From Candidatus Falkowbacteria bacterium RIFOXYC2_FULL_36_12 (lineage in GTDB: Bacteria > Patescibacteriota > Patescibacteriia > UBA11705), in contig MFGJ01000007.1 in assembly GCA_001778235.1 (NCBI GenBank), positions 77,085-141,084 on the forward strand: a stretch of 64,000 bases of DNA, read 5' to 3'. The notes under the pieces were generated by a model that did not search any database, was not told the DNA's origin, and saw only the letters and a program-made list of their open reading frames with translations. Of this stretch, positions 47,717 through 58,504 are shown piece after piece. Within the stretch, counting starts at the first letter, position 1, and each line of letters starts with the position of its first letter. Position numbers and translations under genes: made by a program.

Positions 47717-49540
47717 CTAGCGTTTCATGACTGCAATAAAAGATTCCTGTGGAATTTTAACCTTTCCAACACCCATCTCCATCATTTTTTTCTTGCCTTT
47801 TTTCTGTTTGTTTAGAAGTTTTTGCTTGCGAGAATGGTCTCCACCATACAGCTTGGCAGTGACATCTTTACGCAAAGCGTTTATTCTCTCGGCGGCAATA
47901 ACCTTTCCTCCAATAGATGCTTGCAATTTGATAACAAACTGCTGTTTTGGGATGGTTTCCTTTAGTGCTTGGACAATTTTTTTACCAGTGTTAAAAGCTG
48001 AATCACGATAAATAATGGTAGAAAAAGCTTCAACCGGTTTCTCTGCAACCAAAATATCCATTTTCACCAAATCAGCACGCTGATATTTCAATAACTCATA
48101 ATTCATTGAGGCAAAACCAGATGAAACACTTTTTAATTTGTCATAAAAATCAACAATAACTATTGCCAAAGGAATATGATAATGAATAATTACTCTATCT
48201 GCTCCGATGTATTCAGTTGTCAAATAATCACCTCTTGATTCCTGGACTAAAGGCATAACATTGCCAATATATTCCTTCGGGCAGAGGATATCAACGGCCA
48301 TGATAGGCTCTTCAATATAATCTACAATAGCTGGATCTGGAAATTCATTAGGATTTTTCATGATAAAAGTACTAGAATCAACTTTTTGTTCTTTTTTTAT
48401 ATCTGTGTCAATCTTTGTTCCAGCCTTTTGGTGAACTCGATAAGCAACACTCGGCGTAGTAATAACGATTTCCAAATTAAATTCTCGGCGAAGTCTCTCC
48501 GTGAAAATTTCCAAGTGTAAAAGACCTAGAAAACCGCAACGAAAACCAAAACCAAGTACTGGAGAATTTTCAGGTTCAAACATTAATGAAGCGTCATTTA
48601 ATTTTAATTTATTGATTGCTTCGCGAAGATCATTGTAATCACTGCCCTCTTCACAGAAAATACCCGCATAGACCATTGGCTTGACATCTTTATAGCCTGC
48701 CAACGGCTGGACATGAGATTTTTTGAGAGTAATTGTATCACCAACACGGCATTTCTCAATTTCTTTTAACCCAGTGATTATATAGCCTATTTCACCGGCT
48801 TTTAGACATCCAGTTGATTTGAGTTGAGGCTTCAGTACTCCAGCTTCAAGCATTTCAGTATCAGTATTTGTGGCAAAAAACTTTACTGAATCATTTTTTT
48901 GTACAGTTCCTTCAAAAACTCTCAAATAAGCCACTACCCCTTTGAATTCATCATAATAAGAATCAAAGATAAGGGCTCGTAAATCTTTATCAATTTCCTG
49001 TTTTGGACCTGGAACTTTTTTTATAACCTGTTGTAAAATTGCTTCAACTCCTTCACCTGTCTTAGCTGAACAAGCAAAAATATCCTCTTTTTTACAACCA
49101 ATAAGATCAATGATTTCTTGTGAAACCTTTTCAACATCGGCTGAAGGCAAATCTATTTTGTTTAATACTGGAATAATCTCCAACCCCTGCTCAATCGCTA
49201 GATACAAATTGGCAACAGTTTGAGCCTGAACACCCTGCGCAGCGTCTACGAGCAGAATTGCGCCTTCAACGGCGGCCAAGGAACGAGAAACCTCGTATGA
49301 AAAATCCACATGTCCTGGAGTATCTATTAAATTCAGTTTATACCCATCATAATCCATTTGAACAGGTTGTAGCTTGATAGTAATACCTCTTTCTTGTTCT
49401 AAATCCATCTGGTCAAGTAATTGATTTCTCATTTTTCTGTCTTCAACCGTTCTGGTCAATTCCAAAAAACGGTCAGCCAAAGTGGACTTACCATGATCAA
49501 TATGAGCAATAATGCAAAAATTCCGAATTTTATCCAACAT
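47717..49540 (-). CDS. lepA: Elongation factor 4 (LepA)
   Basis: GTPase G1-G4 motifs (AHIDHGKST, DTPGH, NKID) and the LepA C-terminal domain. Confidence 0.95.
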   Translation of the reverse strand: MLDKIRNFCIIAHIDHGKSTLADRFLELTRTVEDRKMRNQLLDQMDLEQERGITIKLQPVQMDYDGYKLNLIDTPGHVDFSYEVSRSLAAVEGAILLVDAAQGVQAQTVANLYLAIEQGLEIIPVLNKIDLPSADVEKVSQEIIDLIGCKKEDIFACSAKTGEGVEAILQQVIKKVPGPKQEIDKDLRALIFDSYYDEFKGVVAYLRVFEGTVQKNDSVKFFATNTDTEMLEAGVLKPQLKSTGCLKAGEIGYIITGLKEIEKCRVGDTITLKKSHVQPLAGYKDVKPMVYAGIFCEEGSDYNDLREAINKLKLNDASLMFEPENSPVLGFGFRCGFLGLLHLEIFTERLRREFNLEIVITTPSVAYRVHQKAGTKIDTDIKKEQKVDSSTFIMKNPNEFPDPAIVDYIEEPIMAVDILCPKEYIGNVMPLVQESRGDYLTTEYIGADRVIIHYHIPLAIVIVDFYDKLKSVSSGFASMNYELLKYQRADLVKMDILVAEKPVEAFSTIIYRDSAFNTGKKIVQALKETIPKQQFVIKLQASIGGKVIAAERINALRKDVTAKLYGGDHSRKQKLLNKQKKGKKKMMEMGVGKVKIPQESFIAVMKR

Positions 49541-49697
49541 AATTTAATAGCGAGTAAATCCAAGTCAGAACAAAGCAAGTAAAGTTTTATCCTGCACATT
49601 GGGCTGACTAAACAGAAAATACTAGTTTGAATTAAAGTAAGTATAATATAGCAGATAATCAGCAAAAAATCAACTAAAAACAGTAATGTTATTACTG

Positions 49698-50078
49698 CTA
49701 TTTTCTTTTAAAATTTTCCAATAGCGCTTCATAGTCTGCTCGGAGCATCCAATATACATCGCCAATAGAATCATTACTAGAAAAGTGAAAGACCCCCTGA
49801 CTTTTCAATTCGCTCCACATAAGATCAACCAATCGATTGGCAACTGGTCCAATCACATTTGCTTGTCGTGCTTCCAAAAGGTAATCCTTATTAAAATTGA
49901 AAAAATGATACCTGCTAGCTGAACCGAAAATTCTAGTAAACACAGGTTGTGGCAACATTATGGATAGCATTTGTCCAGCTTGATCCTGAATTTCCACGAC
50001 TTGACCAGAGACAAGTATTTCAAAAAAATTTAGTTGCAAATCCTGAAAATTTGATATTCTGGTACCATGACCAGTCAT
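49698..50078 (-). CDS. Hypothetical protein
   Basis: 126-aa ORF upstream of lepA. Confidence 0.5.
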   Translation of the reverse strand: MTGHGTRISNFQDLQLNFFEILVSGQVVEIQDQAGQMLSIMLPQPVFTRIFGSASRYHFFNFNKDYLLEARQANVIGPVANRLVDLMWSELKSQGVFHFSSNDSIGDVYWMLRADYEALLENFKRK

Positions 50079-50146
50079 CTCTCCCCCCTGTATGTGGATG
50101 AGGTAAAAGGTAAAGATAATTTATCAAAATTATACTAAAAAGTAAA

Positions 50147-51784
50147 TTAATTCATGCTGACTGAATCAATTCCCTCTGATTTTACTTTTATTTTTTTATT
50201 CAGGCGGTGAGCAGTAGCTTCAATAATCATCTTGAGTTCTGGACAGCGGAGAGTTTGGCAAACCATTAAATAAACAATTAAACCAATTAAAAATAGCACC
50301 AGACTCTGCATTAATATACCCCAAAAACTCTGAAGATCAAAATATCTGGCGATTGGGATTTTCAGATAATACATAGCCCCACCCATTATAAAGGAAGCAA
50401 ATACCACTTTGACAAATGAGATAATAATTTTCGGATCATTTAACTTGCCAATTTTTATTCTAAAAGCAATAAATAATACTAAAAAATTAACAATCGAACT
50501 GATAGTGAAAGCAATAATCAAGCCGAGAAAACCATACTTTGATGGGAGAGTAAAGGCAAGAATTAAATTAATAATCGCGCCTGAAAGTCCGGCAATAAAC
50601 GGAGTAATGGTATTATGCATGGAATAAAATGAACGAGCGAGTAATGGAATAAGCGATTGGGCAAAAAGACTTACAGCAAAAATACCTAGAGCATCAGCTG
50701 TCAGTAAAGTATCTTGCCAATTGAAAACACCACTTCCGAGAACAACTCTAACTATTTGAACGCGCAGGACAATAAAAACAGCACTTAACGGTAATATAAG
50801 AAAAAATATCATGCGTGCCGTCTGGATAAATGATTTTTTGAATTCTAAAATCTTGTTTTCATTGTACAGTCTAGATAGAGTTGGAAAAGCAGCAATAGCA
50901 AAAGAGATTCCTACTAAAGCTAAAGGAAATCCCTGAAGATTGTTTGCGAAATTAAATACAGTGATACTACCAACTGCAATCAGAGAACTAAAAATTGTTA
51001 TCACAATTAAATTTACCTGGGTTGTAACCAGACCTAAAACTCGTGGAATCATCAAAGTGGATATTTCTCGTAAATTTGAATCTTTAAATTTGAAAATAAA
51101 GTGAAATTTGTAACCAAATTTTGACAACAAAGGAACTTGTATTAATAGATGGAGTAATGCCCCCAAAACAACACCCCAAGCTAAACCATTGATACCAAAC
51201 CAATCAACGAGCCAAATAGCTCCGATTATTATACCAAAATTGTACATAATTGGAGCCAATGAGTAGACAAAAAATCTTTTGTAGGTTTGCAGAACTCCAC
51301 CCACAATACCGCTGATGCCAAGTAAAATTGGACTTAGAAACATAATTTTGGTTAAAGTGCTGGTAATAGCCATCTGATTGTCAGAAAATCCAGGGGAAAT
51401 CAAAGGAACAATTTTATCGGCAAAAATTAAAATAATTACAGTTACGACCAATAATAAAACAGAGAAAACATTTATAACATTACTTACAAAATCCCAGGCT
51501 TGCTTATTGGTGGAATAATCTTTATCCTCTTCATTTTTTAATAATTTAGAAAAAATAGGAATAAAGCCGGCTGAAATTGCACCAAAAACTATAAAATTAA
51601 AAACTAAATCAGGAATTCGAAAAGCAGTATAATACATGTCCAAGGTTGATCCTGCGCCAAATTGTCCAGCCAGAACACGATCACGAATAACACCAAGAAC
51701 TCGACTAAAAACTCCGGCAAGTGCAATTATAAATGCAGCCGAAGCTATTGAACTAATTTTTTGTACAAACAATTTTCTTATCAT
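50147..51784 (-). CDS. murJ: Lipid II flippase MurJ (MviN family)
   Basis: 545 aa with about 14 TM helices and a MurJ-like N-terminus (…RDRVLAGQFGAG…YYTAFRIPD…). Confidence 0.75.
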   Translation of the reverse strand: MIRKLFVQKISSIASAAFIIALAGVFSRVLGVIRDRVLAGQFGAGSTLDMYYTAFRIPDLVFNFIVFGAISAGFIPIFSKLLKNEEDKDYSTNKQAWDFVSNVINVFSVLLLVVTVIILIFADKIVPLISPGFSDNQMAITSTLTKIMFLSPILLGISGIVGGVLQTYKRFFVYSLAPIMYNFGIIIGAIWLVDWFGINGLAWGVVLGALLHLLIQVPLLSKFGYKFHFIFKFKDSNLREISTLMIPRVLGLVTTQVNLIVITIFSSLIAVGSITVFNFANNLQGFPLALVGISFAIAAFPTLSRLYNENKILEFKKSFIQTARMIFFLILPLSAVFIVLRVQIVRVVLGSGVFNWQDTLLTADALGIFAVSLFAQSLIPLLARSFYSMHNTITPFIAGLSGAIINLILAFTLPSKYGFLGLIIAFTISSIVNFLVLFIAFRIKIGKLNDPKIIISFVKVVFASFIMGGAMYYLKIPIARYFDLQSFWGILMQSLVLFLIGLIVYLMVCQTLRCPELKMIIEATAHRLNKKIKVKSEGIDSVSMN

Positions 51785-51788
51785 AAAA

Positions 51789-52358
51789 CTAAATTATCAA
51801 ATCCGCCTCTGTCTCATTATCAACCCCAGCAGCATTTGCCTCATCAGTGTCTAAATGTACAACTTTGTTATAATTTTCAGCTGTTCGAACTTCGACTCTA
51901 TCATAAATCACCTCTCTTGGGCTTATGATACGGATCTTGATGTCCTGACCGGACTTCAAACCCAGTAACATGGCTTCATCGGTCGAAATATGCAAATGTC
52001 GTTTGGCAACAATAACCCCTTTTTCTAAATTTAACTCCCCTTTTGGTCCGCGCAGTATTAATGAACCAGAACCTTCAAGTTTACCTGATAATCTTAGTGG
52101 TGCGTTGATACCTAATAGAATTGCATCAGACTTGGCTATTTCTACTTGAGTTTCACCACGACAAGGACCAACAATTCGCACATCATCAATTTGCCCCTTT
52201 GGTCCAACCAGAGAAACTCGACTGGTACTAGAGAATTCACCAAACTGTGAAAGATCTTTATGCTTTATTAAAACAAAATTAGGCCCAAAAAGTTTTTCCA
52301 GGTCCTGTTGGGTAATATGAAGATGTCTAGCTGATACTTCAATTTTAGAGCTAAGCAT
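51789..52358 (-). CDS. PduL/EutD-type phosphate acyltransferase
   Basis: Duplicated motif (…ARHLHITQQD… and …KRHLHISTDE…) characteristic of PduL. Confidence 0.65.
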   Translation of the reverse strand: MLSSKIEVSARHLHITQQDLEKLFGPNFVLIKHKDLSQFGEFSSTSRVSLVGPKGQIDDVRIVGPCRGETQVEIAKSDAILLGINAPLRLSGKLEGSGSLILRGPKGELNLEKGVIVAKRHLHISTDEAMLLGLKSGQDIKIRIISPREVIYDRVEVRTAENYNKVVHLDTDEANAAGVDNETEADLII

Positions 52359-52403
52359 AATATAAGATGTTTACAGTAAAATTATAGCATTTTCCAGAAA
52401 ATA

Positions 52404-52432
52404 TTGACAGCCTAGATGGTGATAGCTACAAT
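52404..52432 (+). promoter_or_regulatory. Sigma70-type promoter (TTGACA-N17-TACAAT)
   Basis: Directly visible upstream of the HD-domain gene. Confidence 0.5.
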
Positions 52433-52463
52433 TCAAGCATAACCAGACAACAGGAGACAAGAG

Positions 52464-53117
52464 ATGCGACAGATACGAGACCCAACAAAAAAAGAGTTCT
52501 TTCAACAAGTGAGAAAATTAATTCACAAAAGAGAATTTATCACAGCCATTGAATTTACCTATACTTTTGCTAAACAAGCTCACGCTGAACAAAAAAGAGC
52601 TAACGGAGCTCCCTACTTCAGACATGTTGTTGGTGTCGCTTGGATCATTATGACTGAAATCAAATTGCGGCCAATAGATTACCAAACTGCAATTATTGCG
52701 TCTCTACTTCATGATATGCTCGAAGACACCTACATCAACAAGCCAGAACAACTTCATTTCATTTATGACCAAGTTTCTCCTGATATTGCAACGATTGTGA
52801 CAGAATTAACCAAAAAAAGAGGGAAAATCGGCATTAATAGATTTAAAAAATTGCTTCGTAGTCGGAAAGCTCTGACAAAACTTGTAAAAGCAGCTGACCG
52901 ATTGCACAACCTACGCACACTGCATCATTGTGATGAACTAAAAATGACGACCAAAATGCAGGAGACTGAATTTATTATACTTCCTTGGCTTGATGGAGAG
53001 ACCATTGACCCCAATTGCCTGTTTCAAGCTCCTCTAGCTAAACTGAAACAGAACATCAGAAAAGAACTGCAACGCTATAAAAAATCAATCAGGAGTAAAA
53101 TGAAAAAACAGTGCTAA
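52464..53117 (+). CDS. HD-domain protein, SpoT/Mesh1-like (p)ppGpp hydrolase
   Basis: RHVVGVA…LLHDMLEDT…VTELTK motifs of the RelA/SpoT hydrolase domain. Confidence 0.7.
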   Translation: MRQIRDPTKKEFFQQVRKLIHKREFITAIEFTYTFAKQAHAEQKRANGAPYFRHVVGVAWIIMTEIKLRPIDYQTAIIASLLHDMLEDTYINKPEQLHFIYDQVSPDIATIVTELTKKRGKIGINRFKKLLRSRKALTKLVKAADRLHNLRTLHHCDELKMTTKMQETEFIILPWLDGETIDPNCLFQAPLAKLKQNIRKELQRYKKSIRSKMKKQC

Positions 53118-53147
53118 ACCGCTCTGTTTTTTACTTCAATATTTTAG

Positions 53148-54149
53148 TTATCTAATACCACCTTTCAATAAACCGTTTTGAGCACCAATTTTTGTCAATA
53201 CAGCTGAACTGTTTTTTATACCATATTCAATCCCTTTGGAGAATGTTCCAGTTTTGTGATAAGCTGACAAAAAACCAGAAGCAAAAGCATCCCCAGCACC
53301 GACTGTATCAACTTTTTTGGTTTTGCGAGCTGGTTTGAAATAATAATGACCTTTTTCATCGAGACCATAAGCGCCTTTATCGCCAGCTGTGATTATTAAG
53401 TTTTTCATTTTCAACTTTTTCAAAGTATCAAGCAAGTATCTTGATTGATTAATTTTTTTCTTATCTACTTTTCGACCAAAGGCATTAATTGCCAACTCTG
53501 TTGCCTCATCTTTATTTAATATCAAGACATGAATCCTGGGCATTAGTTTAATCATTTTTTTGTATTCAATAAGCTGTCTTCGACCTGGAGTCCATAATAT
53601 TTTAATTTTCTGATGCTCTGGTCTAAACCAAGTTTTTTCTGCCTGCCTGACAACTTTTATAAACTCATATTCCCAACCAGAAACTGAAAGTGGCCCAACA
53701 TAATACCAGTTAGTTCTAATTTTATTTAAATTGGGTAATTTCAAATGCTGGGATGCGCCTTTGTAAGTGAAAATCGTGTGTTCTTTATCATTCTTGGCTA
53801 CAAGAATAAAAGAAAAACCCGTTGCATTGTGTTTATCGGTTTGGATTAGTGAAGTATTAATACCTCGTTGTTTCAAAAAATAAAAAATCTCTTGGCCACT
53901 AAAATCTTTGCCAATATTGATAATCGGCGCAACCTTTAGTCCAAAATTCTTCAAACCGATTGCAACATTCATGGCTCCTCCCCCATAAGTCAAATGCAAA
54001 TCATCTATTTCCAGTTTTGCACCATATTCCACAGCCATCAATTTTTGTTTCAAAAGATTTTTTTTGTTTCGGAGAATCTCGACTTCATCACTGATGAAAG
54101 TAATGTCTTTTATTGCGCTACCAATTGTTACAACATCTACTTTTCTCAT
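53148..54149 (-). CDS. PfkB-family carbohydrate/nucleoside kinase
   Basis: GGGAMN N-terminal motif and VDTVGAGDAFASGFL C-terminal motif. Confidence 0.8.
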   Translation of the reverse strand: MRKVDVVTIGSAIKDITFISDEVEILRNKKNLLKQKLMAVEYGAKLEIDDLHLTYGGGAMNVAIGLKNFGLKVAPIINIGKDFSGQEIFYFLKQRGINTSLIQTDKHNATGFSFILVAKNDKEHTIFTYKGASQHLKLPNLNKIRTNWYYVGPLSVSGWEYEFIKVVRQAEKTWFRPEHQKIKILWTPGRRQLIEYKKMIKLMPRIHVLILNKDEATELAINAFGRKVDKKKINQSRYLLDTLKKLKMKNLIITAGDKGAYGLDEKGHYYFKPARKTKKVDTVGAGDAFASGFLSAYHKTGTFSKGIEYGIKNSSAVLTKIGAQNGLLKGGIR

Positions 54150-54263
54150 TTTACTAATCTAGGAATATTACGAAAATTACAAATACAAATTATTAGTATT
54201 CGCAATATTGATAGTTTTTGTTTATTTGCATTTAAATTATAGCATTTCTTAAAAACCGATACA

Positions 54264-54296
54264 AATAAAAAAAGCCTTTATAGGCTTATTTTATTT
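54264..54296. terminator. Bidirectional intrinsic terminator
   Basis: A7-AAGCCT-ttat-AGGCTT-ATTTTATTT. Confidence 0.55.
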
Positions 54297-54308
54297 GTAA
54301 AAATATTT

Positions 54309-55700
54309 TTAAGAAAATTTTTGAGAAAAATATTCTGGCAGTTGATCAATAGCTACCCTTTCCTGTGCCATAGTATCACGATCACGAATTGTGACAGCTT
54401 TGTCATCTAGAGAATCAAAATCAACTGTAATGCAATATGGAGTACCGATCTCGTCCTGCCGACGGTAGCGTTTGCCAACATTACCATTGTCATCAAATTC
54501 GCAAACCCAAGCAGTTTTGAGTTTATCAAAAATTTCTTTGGCTTTTTTCACTAACTGCGGTTTGTTTTTTAACAAAGGGAAAACGGCGATTTTCACTGGT
54601 GCTAATGATTTTTCGAGTTTCAAGACTATTCTTTCCTCATCTCCAATTTTTTCTTTGGTATAGGCATCACAGATTACCATCAGTAAAATTCGATTCAAAC
54701 CGACTGATGCTTCAATGACCCAAGGCATGAATTTCTCATTTGTTCGAGGGTCGGTATAACTAAGGTCAGAGCCAGAATGTTTTGAGTGTTGGGTCAAATC
54801 ATAATCTGAACGATTGTGAATACCTTCTAATTCCTTGAAACCAAATGGAAAGTTGTATTCAATGTCATAAGCTTCTTTGGCATAAAAAACCAAATTTTCA
54901 TGTTTATGCCACCTCAAATTTTTTTCTAAAATACCCAGTTCATTAACATAAAAATCCCAGCGTTCTTCTTTCCATCGCTTATATTGTTTCTTGGCATCTT
55001 CTGGTTTGACAAAGTATTGGAATTCCATTTGTTCAAATTCACGAGTGCGGAAAATAAATTGTCTGGCAGTGATTTCATTACGAAAGGCTTTGCCAACTTG
55101 AGCAATGCCAAAAGGTATTTTAACCCGTGAAGAATCAAGAACATTTTTGAAATTAATGTAAATCCCTTGGCAAGTTTCACCCCGCAAATATGTTGGTTCT
55201 TTGTCCCAGTCACCGGTAAAATTTCCTAAATTTGATTTGACCAAAAGATTAAAGCTTTTTGCCTCGGAAAAAATGTTGGAACCGCATTTTGGACATTTGA
55301 CCTTGTCTTTATTTTTATCAAAAATTTTATTTATTTCTGACTCTGACATTTTTTCATCAGCAAAAACTCCAGCTTCTTCGAGCAAATGGTCAACTCGTGA
55401 ACGAGTATGGCATTTTTTGCATTCAGCCATAGGATCAGAAAATCCGCTGACATGACCACTGGCCTGCCAGACTTTTGGTGACATAAAAATCGCGCTATCA
55501 AGACCGACAACATCCTCACGATTGTGAACCATGTTTTGCCACCACTTAGCTTGAATGGCATTTTTTAGTTCAATACCGTATGGGCCGTAATCATAAACAG
55601 CTGAAAAACCACCATAAATTTCTGATGAGGGGAAAACAAAACCTCGTCGCTTGCAAAAACTGATGATTTCTTCGAATCGATTTTCATTTTTATCTATCAT
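54309..55700 (-). CDS. glyQS: Glycine--tRNA ligase (dimeric GlyQS type)
   Basis: Class II motifs. Full-length alpha2-type GlyRS including a zinc ribbon insertion. Confidence 0.9.
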   Translation of the reverse strand: MIDKNENRFEEIISFCKRRGFVFPSSEIYGGFSAVYDYGPYGIELKNAIQAKWWQNMVHNREDVVGLDSAIFMSPKVWQASGHVSGFSDPMAECKKCHTRSRVDHLLEEAGVFADEKMSESEINKIFDKNKDKVKCPKCGSNIFSEAKSFNLLVKSNLGNFTGDWDKEPTYLRGETCQGIYINFKNVLDSSRVKIPFGIAQVGKAFRNEITARQFIFRTREFEQMEFQYFVKPEDAKKQYKRWKEERWDFYVNELGILEKNLRWHKHENLVFYAKEAYDIEYNFPFGFKELEGIHNRSDYDLTQHSKHSGSDLSYTDPRTNEKFMPWVIEASVGLNRILLMVICDAYTKEKIGDEERIVLKLEKSLAPVKIAVFPLLKNKPQLVKKAKEIFDKLKTAWVCEFDDNGNVGKRYRRQDEIGTPYCITVDFDSLDDKAVTIRDRDTMAQERVAIDQLPEYFSQKFS

Positions 55701-55717
55701 AATTTTTTTGATATGAA

Positions 55718-56272
55718 TTAAACCGTCATTACTTCCTTTTCTTTGGCTTCTGCCATGTCATTTAATTTTTTGTTCCAATTTTCAACTTCTTTATCAAGTT
55801 CTTTCTGGAAATCAAATTTATCATCTTCAGTAATTTGTTTATTCTTTTCAGCAGAAACAATATCTTCTTTGGTTTTTTCTCGAATTGATCGAATAGAAAT
55901 GCGAGTGTGTTCAAGTTTTTCTTTTAAAATTTTAATCAAATCTCGTCGATTTTCTTCAGTCATAAGAGGCATTGTCACGCGGACTACACTTCCGTCGATT
56001 GAAACCGAGACACCCAAGTCAGCTGAAACTAACGCTTTTTCAATTTCTTTGGTCAAGCTTTTATCCCAAGGTTCAACTCTCATTGATCTAGCTTCAGGGA
56101 CGGCAATACTCGCAAGTTGCATGAGTGGCGTTGGGGTGCCGTAAGCTATAACATTAACTCGCTCAATCATTGTCGGGTTAGCTCGACCAGTACGGATTGA
56201 AGATAATTCCTGCTTAAAATGCTCAATAGTTTTATCTACTTCTGGTTGAATATTTTTTAGATATTGATTCAT
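55718..56272 (-). CDS. frr: Ribosome recycling factor
   Basis: Canonical RRF sequence. Confidence 0.95.
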   Translation of the reverse strand: MNQYLKNIQPEVDKTIEHFKQELSSIRTGRANPTMIERVNVIAYGTPTPLMQLASIAVPEARSMRVEPWDKSLTKEIEKALVSADLGVSVSIDGSVVRVTMPLMTEENRRDLIKILKEKLEHTRISIRSIREKTKEDIVSAEKNKQITEDDKFDFQKELDKEVENWNKKLNDMAEAKEKEVMTV

Positions 56273-56281
56273 ATTTTCTTT

Positions 56282-57355
56282 CTAACTTGCTGGTCTGAAA
56301 CCAACAAATAATATTTTGTCATTTTTTAGATTAATTTCTGTGTCCCCGACTCTGGTAATTGAGGGTAAACTTTTAGTTTCCCAGGTTGCTCCACCATCAA
56401 CACTACGATAAAGCGTCTTGTCATCGGTAACAAACATCACATTCGGATCAACTGTTGACTGTTCAAAATCACGAAATACTACCTCATCTTCAGCTGTGAC
56501 CAGTTTTACCTGCGACCAAGAGCTACCTCCATCACCTGATTTTAAGAGACCAAACTTAGATAAATAGAATACTGTATTTGGATGTTTTTTGTCAATTTCA
56601 ATGCCATAACCAGTTCGGATCAACCCATCAAATTGCTTCATGTTATCACGAAGAGAAATCCAATTTAAGCCAGAATCACTTGACTTGAATAGCCCAAGCT
56701 TGTCTGTGGCAAGATATAAAATCCGACTGTCATTAGGATCCATTTCCATTTCCTTGGTTTCAGTTGCCAGTCCAGCTGTCTTGGCCCAGCTGATACCATT
56801 ATTTAAACTTTTGTATACATTACCAGTATATGAAAGAGCATAAACGATTTTTGAATCAAACCAATCAACAACAATTGAGCGCATTAATTCATCAGCTGTT
56901 GCGGTAGTAAACATAATTTCCCAACTTCGATTGCAATCACTACTTTTAACTATTTTATTTTCCACAGCAGCATAAATACTACATCGATCTTTTGGGTCAA
57001 CAGCAATAGACAAGACTCGACCACTAACTTTGGTTAACAAACTTTTCGCTTGAGTCCAGCCATCGCCACCATTGTAAGAATAATAAATTCCATTTTGACC
57101 TGTACCAGCATAAATTGAATCAGCATCAGTTGGATCATTGGCTAGGGTAAAAATACTGGCGCCACTGAAATTTGCATCTTGGGCCCCAGGAGTAAGAAGA
57201 GTGGCTTTTCTAATCCAAGTCTCGCCACGATCACCAGTAACAAACATACCCAAACCAGTGCCAGTACTCTCGCCTTTTTTGGTAATAGAAATACAACCGG
57301 TCAAGGAAATAGCCATGAATAAAATTAGAGTGGTGAATAAAAATTTTTTCAACAT
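56282..57355 (-). CDS. BNR/Asp-box repeat lipoprotein (Ycf48/sialidase-like beta-propeller)
   Basis: LTGC lipobox. Six S-x-D-x-G-x-T/S-W motifs (GDRGETW, NGGDGW, NNGISW, DSGLNW, GDGGSSW, VDGGATW). Confidence 0.65.
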   Translation of the reverse strand: MLKKFLFTTLILFMAISLTGCISITKKGESTGTGLGMFVTGDRGETWIRKATLLTPGAQDANFSGASIFTLANDPTDADSIYAGTGQNGIYYSYNGGDGWTQAKSLLTKVSGRVLSIAVDPKDRCSIYAAVENKIVKSSDCNRSWEIMFTTATADELMRSIVVDWFDSKIVYALSYTGNVYKSLNNGISWAKTAGLATETKEMEMDPNDSRILYLATDKLGLFKSSDSGLNWISLRDNMKQFDGLIRTGYGIEIDKKHPNTVFYLSKFGLLKSGDGGSSWSQVKLVTAEDEVVFRDFEQSTVDPNVMFVTDDKTLYRSVDGGATWETKSLPSITRVGDTEINLKNDKILFVGFRPAS

Positions 57356-57378
57356 AATTTTATTATTATTTTTGTTTT

Positions 57379-58398
57379 TTATATAAATAAATTTTCAAAA
57401 ACTAATTTTGGATTAATATTTTGTTCAAGATATAATTTTGATTTTTCAGCAGACTGTAACTTTTGATTAAAATTGAAATCCAGATCTTTTAATGCCTGCA
57501 TTTCTTCTCGTAAAAAAATATTACTAATATACTTATCATTATAATACTTTAATAGCTCGACGTCACGTAAAATTGAAATAAAAATATCTAAAACTTTTTT
57601 TGCTGAATCAACGCCTGATTTGCCAAGTAAAGTATCAATCATCTGAAATTTTTCTGAATTGGACGAGGTAAAAAGTTTGAACACCTCCTGAATTTTTTGT
57701 TTGTGTTCAAGATATAGGTCTAAATGATTAAAATATTTAAGTGCGACCGTAATCCTTCCTTGGGAAATAGCTGACAATTCAAGGGCAAGACTACGATTGG
57801 CGCCTTGATCGACTAAATAATCAAAAATGTTTTCTCGAGGCACTGGAGAAAAATTTAATATTTGACAACGGGAAACTATGGTTGGCAAAATAATATTGGT
57901 ATTCTGGCTGATAAGAATAATAATGGTTTTAGCTGTTGGTTCTTCAAGAAATTTTAATAAGGAGTTGCTGGCTTCGAGGCTCATGGCTTCAGCTTCGGGA
58001 ATAATGACAATCTTGTAGGAATTTTGGAATGACCGCTTGGATAAACTGGATTGCAAGTCCCGTATTTGCTTGATAGAGATGTTTTTTTTGAGCAAGCCTT
58101 TATCATTGCGTTCGCGTTCGACCAGATAATAATCAGCATAAATACCTTTTTTGAACATCTGGCAGGCGCTACATTCGCCACAAGCAAAAGGCTTTTTCAC
58201 TTTGCCATTTTTTAAATATTCAGAATAATTATCACAAATCAAAAATTGACTGAATTTCTTGGCGACTGAAGTTTTGCCAACTTTTTTCGGACCAACAAAC
58301 AGATATGATTGAGCAAAAGTCTGATTCAGAATATTTGTTTGTAGAAAATCCAGAATTTTTGTATGTCCAACAACTGACCAGTTGAAAGATTTAGTCAT
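57379..58398 (-). CDS. holB: DNA polymerase III delta-prime subunit
   Basis: Walker A GPKKVGKTS, a zinc module CGECSAC, and AAA+ clamp-loader architecture. Confidence 0.85.
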   Translation of the reverse strand: MTKSFNWSVVGHTKILDFLQTNILNQTFAQSYLFVGPKKVGKTSVAKKFSQFLICDNYSEYLKNGKVKKPFACGECSACQMFKKGIYADYYLVERERNDKGLLKKNISIKQIRDLQSSLSKRSFQNSYKIVIIPEAEAMSLEASNSLLKFLEEPTAKTIIILISQNTNIILPTIVSRCQILNFSPVPRENIFDYLVDQGANRSLALELSAISQGRITVALKYFNHLDLYLEHKQKIQEVFKLFTSSNSEKFQMIDTLLGKSGVDSAKKVLDIFISILRDVELLKYYNDKYISNIFLREEMQALKDLDFNFNQKLQSAEKSKLYLEQNINPKLVFENLFI

Positions 58399-58504
58399 AA
58401 GATGATTGATAAAAGTCCAGAGTTGTAATCGGAAATGGGAATTTGGAAAACTTAACTATGAACCAGAAACTCGGGACTTGCTAAATATATTTTACCACAG
58501 TTTG

